A stretch of DNA of 20,211 nt from Candidatus Aenigmatarchaeota archaeon (GTDB lineage: Archaea > Aenigmatarchaeota > Aenigmatarchaeia > CG10238-14 > WAMV01): NCBI GenBank assembly GCA_015522145.1, contig WAMV01000011.1, forward strand, positions 1 to 20,211, given 5' to 3'. A model generated the notes under the pieces. That model saw nothing but the letters and a program-made list of their open reading frames with translations. It made no database searches and was not told where the DNA came from. Shown here in pieces: positions 1 to 6,212 of this stretch. The position numbers and the translations under genes were made by a program. Numbering within the stretch: position 1 is the stretch's first letter; every line of letters begins with the position of its first letter.

Positions 1-10
1 TATTGGAAAT

Positions 11-514
11 ATGATATACACACTAAAAATAACAGAAGAGAAACTAAAAATTCTAAGGAAAAATCCTGAGTTGATAAAAAGGGTTGAAGATGCTTTAAAC
101 GTTAAAATAGAAATTGAAGATGGTGTAAAAATAATTGGCCGGGGTTTAGAAGCTTATAAAGCAAGAATGATTATGAAAGCCTTTGGTAGATGCTTTAGTA
201 TGGATGATGCCTTGCTTTTATTAGATGACGAATATGGTTTTGTTATTATTGATGTTAGGGATTATGCTAAAAGTAGAAACAGGCAGATAGTGCTTAAAGG
301 AAGAGTTATAGGAGAGAAAGGAAAGACTAAAAGGTATATAGAAGGTATATGCAACGTAAAAATTTCTGTTTACGGAAAAACAATAAGCATAATAGGCAAA
401 TGGGAAGATTTGGAAATTGCTAAAAGGGCTATAGAAATGTTGCTGGAAGGTAGGATGCACTCAACAGTTTATAGATTCTTGGAAACTCAAAAAAGTATGC
501 AAAAATTGAAATAG
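11..514 (+). CDS. pno1: KH-domain pre-rRNA processing protein (archaeal Dim2/Pno1-like)
   Basis: KGRVIGEKGKTKRYIE GxxG KH motif, ISVYGKTISIIG and C-terminal IEMLLEGRMHSTVYRFL; lies directly upstream of top6B as in the common archaeal arrangement. Confidence 0.88.
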   Translation: MIYTLKITEEKLKILRKNPELIKRVEDALNVKIEIEDGVKIIGRGLEAYKARMIMKAFGRCFSMDDALLLLDDEYGFVIIDVRDYAKSRNRQIVLKGRVIGEKGKTKRYIEGICNVKISVYGKTISIIGKWEDLEIAKRAIEMLLEGRMHSTVYRFLETQKSMQKLK

Positions 515-537
515 AAAAACGTGCATTTTATTTTTAC

Positions 538-2121
538 ATGGATCATGCAATAACTGCTGAAGAACTTGCTGAAAAAATAAAAGAAATTAGTATAGCTGAG
601 TTTTTCGAAAAAAACAGACATTTGCTTGGCTATGAAAACCCAACAAAAAGTTTGCTTACAGTTGTTAAAGAAGCTGTAGACAACAGCTTAGATGCTGCAT
701 TAGAAGCAAGAATATTACCAACAGTAAAAGTCTGGGTAAAAGAAGCTGGTCAAAACAGGTATAAAGTTAAAGTTGAAGATAATGGTCCTGGTTTAAAGCC
801 TAGCAAAGTGCCTGTAGCGTTTGGTAAATTTTTAGTTGGTAGTAAGTTTGCTTATCTTAAGCAACTTATAGGTACGCAGGGAATAGGAATAAAGGGTGTT
901 GTTCTTTATGCACAATTAACAACAGGAAAACCAACAAAAATAATAACAAAAACCAAAAAGGAAGTTCATGAGTTTGAACTTATGATAGATGTAATTAAAA
1001 ACGAGCCAATAATTGTTTCTCATAAAAAAGAAAAAAATGAAAGTGGAAAAACAGGCTTAACGATAGAGACAGAAGTTGAGGGAAGATATGTTGAAGGTCA
1101 GCAATCAATCTTAAATTACCTTAAGCTCATTTCTATAGCTAATCCTTATGCAGAAATAATTTTTAATTCGCCCAGAGGCAAACATGTTTTCAAAAGAGCA
1201 ACAAAAAAGCTTCCTCCTTTGCCAAGGGAAATAAAACCACATCCATATGGCGTGGAAATTGGAAAATTGAAAAGAATGATTATGCTGACTAAGCATAAAG
1301 ACATGGTAAGCTTCCTAACAAAAGAATTCTCAAGCGTTGGTAAAGGAAGTGCAATAAAAATTTGTAAGCTGGCAAGAATAGATCCAAAAACAAACCCAAA
1401 AAATTTAACACACAAAGAAATAGAGAAATTGCATCAAGCAATGAATAAAGTAAAGCTAAAGGCACCACCAACAAATTGTTTGTCGCCAATAGATGAAGAA
1501 TCTTTGCTTAATGGAATTAAGAAAGAATTTCCTGCGCAGTTTTATTCTGTTGCTGTAAGAAAACCAACTGTTTACAGAGGTTATCCTTTCCAAGTAGAGG
1601 TTGCTTTAGCTTATGGAGAACCTTTAAAGAATGAGCAAGCTATGCTATTAAGGTTTGCGAATCATACACCTTTGCTTTATAATGCTGGTGAGTGCGCAAT
1701 AACAAAAGCAGCAACAAAAATAAACTGGCGCAATTATGGACTGTCTCAAAGCTCAAACTCTTTGCCTAACGCACCATTAGTAATTTTAGTTGATGTTATC
1801 TCAGTTTGGATACCATATACTAGCGAGGGTAAGCAAGCAATAGCAAGCTATCCAGAAATTGAAAAAGAAATAACTCTAGCTTTACAAGAAGCTGGAAGAA
1901 AGCTTGGTAGATTTGTAAGCAAAATGAAAAGATTACACCAGCTGAAAGTTAGGAAAAATATATTTCAAGCTTATTCCACTGTTTTTGCAGAATATTTGGC
2001 TAAGATAACAAAGAAAAGTGAAGATTACATTAAGAAGAAAGTTGAAGAAATTTTAAATAAGGGAGAAGTAGAAGAAAGTAAAGAAGTTAAAAAGGAAAAG
2101 CAAGAAGTTGTAGAGGTGTAA
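538..2121 (+). CDS. top6B: DNA topoisomerase VI subunit B
   Basis: ISIAEFFEKNRHLLGY N-terminus, GHKL motifs VKEAVDNSLDA, VEDNGPG and GxQGIG, H2TH region, WRNYG motif, switch lysine in YTSEGKQAIA. Confidence 0.97.
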   Translation: MDHAITAEELAEKIKEISIAEFFEKNRHLLGYENPTKSLLTVVKEAVDNSLDAALEARILPTVKVWVKEAGQNRYKVKVEDNGPGLKPSKVPVAFGKFLVGSKFAYLKQLIGTQGIGIKGVVLYAQLTTGKPTKIITKTKKEVHEFELMIDVIKNEPIIVSHKKEKNESGKTGLTIETEVEGRYVEGQQSILNYLKLISIANPYAEIIFNSPRGKHVFKRATKKLPPLPREIKPHPYGVEIGKLKRMIMLTKHKDMVSFLTKEFSSVGKGSAIKICKLARIDPKTNPKNLTHKEIEKLHQAMNKVKLKAPPTNCLSPIDEESLLNGIKKEFPAQFYSVAVRKPTVYRGYPFQVEVALAYGEPLKNEQAMLLRFANHTPLLYNAGECAITKAATKINWRNYGLSQSSNSLPNAPLVILVDVISVWIPYTSEGKQAIASYPEIEKEITLALQEAGRKLGRFVSKMKRLHQLKVRKNIFQAYSTVFAEYLAKITKKSEDYIKKKVEEILNKGEVEESKEVKKEKQEVVEV

Positions 2122-2123
2122 AC

Positions 2124-3221
2124 GTGTACATCAAACCAAAAAGCAAAAAAGATGTTTTGAAAAACATAGAGCAATTAGGTACTCAAATTTTGCAAGAATT
2201 AGAAAAGGGTAAGAATCCTTACATAGAAGTTCCTGTAAGAACTCTTAAGAACATAAAATTTGACCCCAAGACAAGAAAACTTTATCTTGGTGAAATAATT
2301 TCCAGACGTTACTTTTTCCATTTAGCTCAAACAAGGAAATTTACGCAAACTCTTGGTGTGGCAGCTCTAGCTAAAGAACTTATAGAAATAAACAAACACT
2401 TGAGCTTGAGGGAAGTTTACTATACGTTAAAGAAAACCATACCTGGCACTCGCATAAACGTCGTTGATGAACAAACAGAATCTAACAAGGCTGTTGAAGA
2501 TTTGGAACTTATAATAAACGCTTTAAGAGAACAGTTGCACATAAACGCTAATAAGCTTGGTGCAGTTGCTGGAAATGTTGTTATTAGGGATAGAGGTGAT
2601 TTAATTGATTGGTCAAAGCTTGGCTCTGGTGGTTGGTCTGTTCCAAGTAATGTTGAAGACATAGAGTTTGTTAAAGTTAATGCTGAATTCGTAATATACG
2701 TGGAGAAAGCGGCTGTCTGGGAAAGGTTGCATGAAGATAAAATTTGGAAAAAGCTTAATTGCGTAATTGTTGCAAGCCAAGGCCAAGCTACAAGAGGAAT
2801 AAGAAGGTTGTTGCAAAGATTGCATTACGAGCATGGTTTGCCAATTTATGTTTTGACTGATGCAGATCCATGGGGATTCTATATTTATTCAGTAATCAAA
2901 TTTGGTTCCATAGCTTTAGCTCATATTAGCGACAGACTTGCTATACCAAAAGCAAAGTTCCTTGGCTTAACTGTTGATGACATAGAAAAATATGGACTAA
3001 AGAAGCATTTGATTAAGTTTAAAGATGTGGACTTCAGAAGACTTGAGCAAATAAAGAATTACGAATGGTTTAAGAACAATAAGAAATGGCAAGAACAATT
3101 TAAAAAGATGAAGAAGCTTGGGGCTAAAGCTGAGCTTGAGGCTTTAGCATCAAGAGGAATTACTTTCATAAGCGATGTTTACATACCGGAAAAGATTAAG
3201 AATGAGGACTTTTTGGATTAA
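2124..3221 (+). CDS. top6A: DNA topoisomerase VI subunit A
   Basis: GTG start 2 nt after top6B stop; LREVYY catalytic Tyr motif, TOPRIM VEK and DADPWG (DxD), KAELEAL. Confidence 0.97.
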   Translation: MYIKPKSKKDVLKNIEQLGTQILQELEKGKNPYIEVPVRTLKNIKFDPKTRKLYLGEIISRRYFFHLAQTRKFTQTLGVAALAKELIEINKHLSLREVYYTLKKTIPGTRINVVDEQTESNKAVEDLELIINALREQLHINANKLGAVAGNVVIRDRGDLIDWSKLGSGGWSVPSNVEDIEFVKVNAEFVIYVEKAAVWERLHEDKIWKKLNCVIVASQGQATRGIRRLLQRLHYEHGLPIYVLTDADPWGFYIYSVIKFGSIALAHISDRLAIPKAKFLGLTVDDIEKYGLKKHLIKFKDVDFRRLEQIKNYEWFKNNKKWQEQFKKMKKLGAKAELEALASRGITFISDVYIPEKIKNEDFLD

Positions 3222-3257
3222 TTTTTTTATTTTATGTGTTATTGAATTTTATATTAA

Positions 3258-3384
3258 GCCCCGGTAGCTCAACGGGTAGAGCGCCCGGCTTGTAATCTGT
3301 GATTTATGAAAGCACGACGGTCACCTGAAGTTAAGATGAAGACAAGTGACCGGGAGGTTGTGGGTTCAAATCCCACCCGGGGCT
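3258..3384 (+). tRNA. tRNA-Thr(UGU) with a 54-nt intron (3295-3348) at canonical position 37/38
   Basis: Acceptor GCCCCGG/CCGGGGC, D stem GCTC/GAGC, anticodon stem CCCGG(3284-3288)/CCGGG(3350-3354), anticodon TGT 3291-3293, T arm GTGGG-TTCAAAT-CCCAC, U73. Strict BHB: CTTG(3289-3292)/CAAG(3343-3346), bulges TAA and TGA, outer helix TCT/AGA. CCA not encoded. Confidence 0.95.
3295..3348 (+). ncRNA. Putative intron-encoded box C/D guide sRNA
   Basis: C-like ATGAAAG 3306-3312, 12-nt spacer CACGACGGTCAC, perfect D box CTGA 3325-3328, C-like ATGAAGA 3336-3342, D-like GTGA 3299-3302. The spacer is complementary to the conserved LSU rRNA sequence GACCGUCGUG. Confidence 0.7.
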
Positions 3385-3447
3385 TAAAATTTCTTTTTTA
3401 AACACATTAACCTCTATTTAAATTTTACGACGGTTGTTCAAGCTTAG

Positions 3448-3462
3448 GGAAAAGTTAATAAA
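3448..3462 (+). promoter_or_regulatory. BRE/TATA-like promoter of the 34-aa peptide gene
   Basis: GGAAAAG followed by TTAATAAA (3455-3462), ending 24 nt upstream of ATG 3486, consistent with a leaderless transcript. Confidence 0.5.
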
Positions 3463-3485
3463 CTAACAAAAATGAGTTTTTGAGT

Positions 3486-3590
3486 ATGATAGACAAAATA
3501 ACAAAAGACAAAAAAATGTTGGCAGCTGTTGCAGCAGTAGTAATTGTTGCTGTAGCAGCTGCATACTTCTTGGGCTACTTGCCTTTCTAG
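3486..3590 (+). CDS. Small single-TM membrane peptide, 34 aa (not in ORF track)
   Basis: Hand translation MIDKITKDKKMLAAVAAVVIVAVAAAYFLGYLPF*: basic N-terminus plus one hydrophobic helix, flanked by a TATA-like element and a downstream T-rich tract. Confidence 0.7.
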   Translation: MIDKITKDKKMLAAVAAVVIVAVAAAYFLGYLPF

Positions 3591-3611
3591 CCCCCTCTTT
3601 TTTAATTTTTT
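3591..3611 (+). terminator. T-rich terminator-like tract
   Basis: CCCCCTCTTTTTTAATTTTTT immediately after stop 3590; archaeal terminators are typically oligo-U. Confidence 0.4.
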
Positions 3612-3630
3612 AACAAGTAAAAATTAGTTA

Positions 3631-4821
3631 ATGGTATTTGTTGAATTTTTAGCCATAGCTTTAGTGATAATTTTGGGAGTTGTTGGAGATTATATTTTCA
3701 AAATTACAAATATTCCAGACATTATTTGGCTTTTACTTTTGGGTTTACTAATAGGGCCTGTATTCAAATTCATAGACGTTAGTTTGTTTGAAGCAGCTTT
3801 GCCTTATTTTACGGCTATAGCGATAATGATAATTCTGTTTCAAGGTGGTTTAGTAACTAATATTTACGTTTTGATAAAAGAATCTCCAAGATCTATGACT
3901 TTAGCTATTGTGAATCTTTTGCTATGCATGTTATTAGTTGCTGTAGTCATGAGTTTTTTTGGTTGGAATTTAATGGAAGGTTTATTGCTAGGGGCAATAC
4001 TCGGTGGTACTAGCTCGCCAATAGTAGTTGCCTTAACCTCAAGATACAAATTAAGCAAGAAACTAAAAACTCTTTTGAATTTGGAATCTACGCTTACTGA
4101 TGCTTTAACAATAATAGTTGCATTAACCATAGTGCAAATAATAGCTTTTGGCTCTTATTCTATAAGACAAATAAGCAATAGCTTGCTTGGTGGTTTTTCT
4201 ATAGGAGCAGTACTCGGTTTTGTTTTTGGAATTGCTTGGCTTGCTTTTCTCGAAAGAGAAAAAAAGCTAGAGTTTTCTTACATGCTTACCCTAGCGATGC
4301 TTTTAATTTTATACTCCGTTGTTGAAATGGCCGGTGGGAGTGGTGCAATGGCTGCTTTAATCTTTGGTGTTGTTTTGGCAAACGGGAAAGATATTGCAAG
4401 TATGCTAAAACTAAAAAGACATTTTAAAATTAGTAAAAACATAGAAAAGTTTCATCAAGAAATTTATTTCCTTGTAAAAACGTTCTTCTTCGTTTATTTA
4501 GGCATGCTAATAAGTTTGGAAAATTATTTCGCTGTAGCTATAGGCTTTTTGATTGCATTTGTAATTTGGTTAAGCAGGTTCATTAGCATAAAGCTATCTT
4601 TATACAAAGCTGGTTATAGCAAGAGGGAAATGATGTTTGCATCAACAGTTATTCCTAGGGGCTTGGCAGCAGCTGTTCTATCGCAAATACCTTTGCAGTA
4701 CAATTTAGCTAACGCTTCAACTTTTGTTAACGTAATAGTTTCTTCTATATTTTTCACCATTGTTTTTACAACTATTGCATCTTCCTATGCTTACAAGAAA
4801 TTTAATATAAACAACAAGTAA
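3631..4821 (+). CDS. Cation:proton antiporter, CPA1/NhaP-like
   Basis: About 12-13 hydrophobic segments, IILFQGGL, LESTLTD (ESxxND-like) and PRGLAAAVL motifs. Confidence 0.88.
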   Translation: MVFVEFLAIALVIILGVVGDYIFKITNIPDIIWLLLLGLLIGPVFKFIDVSLFEAALPYFTAIAIMIILFQGGLVTNIYVLIKESPRSMTLAIVNLLLCMLLVAVVMSFFGWNLMEGLLLGAILGGTSSPIVVALTSRYKLSKKLKTLLNLESTLTDALTIIVALTIVQIIAFGSYSIRQISNSLLGGFSIGAVLGFVFGIAWLAFLEREKKLEFSYMLTLAMLLILYSVVEMAGGSGAMAALIFGVVLANGKDIASMLKLKRHFKISKNIEKFHQEIYFLVKTFFFVYLGMLISLENYFAVAIGFLIAFVIWLSRFISIKLSLYKAGYSKREMMFASTVIPRGLAAAVLSQIPLQYNLANASTFVNVIVSSIFFTIVFTTIASSYAYKKFNINNK

Positions 4822-4831
4822 GTTTTAAATT

Positions 4832-5467
4832 ATGCTAGAGATAAATGGGATTAAAATTCACTGGCTAGGACATGCAAGCTTTTACTTAGAGAATGATTTG
4901 AAAATTTACATAGACCCATATCAAATTTCTCCTAAGGAAAAAGCTGATTTGATTTTCATAACGCATGAACATTACGATCACTTAAGCCCAGAGGATTTGG
5001 AAAAAATTGTTAAAAAAGAAACCACAATAGTTGCAGCTAAAGAATGTGAAAGCAAGCTAGCAAGTTTTAATTGCGAAAAGATTTTTGTTGAGCCTTTTGA
5101 GGAAATTGAAGTTAAGGGTGTGAAAGTTAAAGCTGTGCCTGCTTACAACACAAACAAACCTTTCCATAAAAAAGAAGATGGAAAAGTCGGTTACGTAATA
5201 ACGGTAAAAGATGTTAGCATCTATCATGCTGGCGACACTGATTTTATAGAGGAAATGAATGATTTAAAGCCAAAGGTTGCTTTGCTTCCTGTTAGTGGAA
5301 CTTACGTTATGACTGCTGAAGAGGCAGCAGAAGCTGTAAAAGCAATAAAGCCTGGAATCGCTGTGCCCATGCATTATGGAACTATAGTTGGTAGTTTGGA
5401 AGATGCCAAAAGGTTTGAGGAATTAGCAAGCAAGTATTGTAAAGTTGTAATATTGGATAAAGAATAA
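4832..5467 (+). CDS. Metallo-beta-lactamase-fold metal-dependent hydrolase (UPF0173-like)
   Basis: WLGHASF, IDPY, THEHYDHL (HxHxDH), YHAGDT, PMHYG. Confidence 0.92.
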   Translation: MLEINGIKIHWLGHASFYLENDLKIYIDPYQISPKEKADLIFITHEHYDHLSPEDLEKIVKKETTIVAAKECESKLASFNCEKIFVEPFEEIEVKGVKVKAVPAYNTNKPFHKKEDGKVGYVITVKDVSIYHAGDTDFIEEMNDLKPKVALLPVSGTYVMTAEEAAEAVKAIKPGIAVPMHYGTIVGSLEDAKRFEELASKYCKVVILDKE

Positions 5468-5499
5468 TTACTTTACAATAACAACGCTTAAATATTGGG

Positions 5500-5518
5500 T
5501 TAAGGTTTTAAACCTTAA
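5500..5518. promoter_or_regulatory. Perfect 9-bp inverted repeat overlapping a TATA-like box (candidate operator)
   Basis: TTAAGGTTT-T-AAACCTTAA; the internal TTTTAAA (5506-5512) ends 27 nt upstream of ATG 5539. Confidence 0.5.
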
Positions 5519-5538
5519 TTTTCAAAATAATTTTTAGA

Positions 5539-5650
5539 ATGGTCCCCTATGCCAGAACAGCAAAGTCTTTGAAGATTAATTTTGTTTATTTGGGGCAATA
5601 GGGGATGATCCTTCTGGCCCAGAAGGGGACCATGCAACGTGGGCCGAAGT
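5539..5650 (+). ncRNA. Structured GC-rich leader with mutually exclusive helices; includes a 20-codon uORF (5539-5601)
   Basis: 5539-5548 pairs with 5624-5633 (10 bp). Alternatively 5543-5553 pairs with 5594-5605. Hairpin 5610-5626. 5611-5621 can pair with 5640-5649. Confidence 0.5.
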
Positions 5651-6050
5651 TTGTGATGTATGTGGTAAAGAAGCTAGCTTCTTCGAAATAATAAATAATG
5701 AGGTTGTTTGTGAAAGTTGTAAAGATTATTTTGATTTGAAAAATGAAGAGTATGATGATTCTATACATTGCTTAATATGCGATTGGCCGATAAACAGAGT
5801 TATTAAGAAAGATAAGGTTAATGAGTTTTGCTCAGGAATAATAAAATGGCTAGAAGCCAAGAAGATAAAGAATAGGGAAAAAATAATTGAAAAAATAAGA
5901 GCATTAATGAACAAAGATGCTTATCTTTGCAGGTATGATTTCTTTTACTTAATAAGAGATTTCATAAAAGAATACAACCCTAAAGCTGCTAAGGTTTTTG
6001 AGGAAAAAATTGCTAAGCAGTTTGACTTTAACGGTGCTATGGTTAGCTAA
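5580..6050 (+). CDS. Hypothetical Cys-rich Zn-finger protein; true start uncertain (ORF track starts at TTG 5736)
   Basis: Frame is open from 5580 and encodes CDVC-x15-CESC upstream of the called TTG, then CLIC and LCRYD motifs; no in-frame ATG/GTG/TTG before 5736. Confidence 0.6.
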   Translation, partial: FCLFGAIGDDPSGPEGDHATWAEVCDVCGKEASFFEIINNEVVCESCKDYFDLKNEEYDDSIHCLICDWPINRVIKKDKVNEFCSGIIKWLEAKKIKNREKIIEKIRALMNKDAYLCRYDFFYLIRDFIKEYNPKAAKVFEEKIAKQFDFNGAMVS

Positions 6051-6084
6051 AAATTAAAAACCCAAACTTTATTTTTTATACTGA

Positions 6085-6196
6085 GGGGCCGTAGTCTAAC
6101 CAGGTAGGACATTCCGATGAGAACCTAAAGCCTGGCTCCAGCAAGCTGGAGCTTTGAGGAAACCAGGTGGTCGGGGTTCAAATCCCCGCGGCCCCA
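6085..6196 (+). tRNA. tRNA-Trp(CCA) with two introns: 6111-6129 (position 25/26) and 6142-6161 (position 37/38)
   Basis: Acceptor GGGGCCG/CGGCCCC, D stem GTCT/GGAC, anticodon stem CCTGG/CCAGG with spliced loop CTCCAGA, T arm CGGGG-TTCAAAT-CCCCG, A73. Intron 1 has a strict BHB (TAGG/CCTA, bulges ACA and AAG, flanking TTC/GAA and CCAGG/CCTGG). Intron 2 has a relaxed BHB. Confidence 0.92.
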
Positions 6197-6212
6197 CTAA
6201 CAATTTAAACTT

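Noticed and set aside
5541..5631. MITE with GGTCCCCT/AGGGGACC terminal inverted repeats and AT target duplication
   Set aside because: Single copy in the window, no transposase, and removing it does not restore the downstream reading frame; a structured leader explains it better.
6131..6167. Alternative reading of the second tRNA as Gln(UUG) using CTTTGAG
   Set aside because: It gives no 7-nt anticodon loop or BHB; the acceptor stem and CTCCAGA loop fit archaeal tRNA-Trp.
3258..6196. Integrated element bounded by the two tRNAs
   Set aside because: No integrase and no duplicated tRNA 3' end seen; intervening genes look like housekeeping genes.
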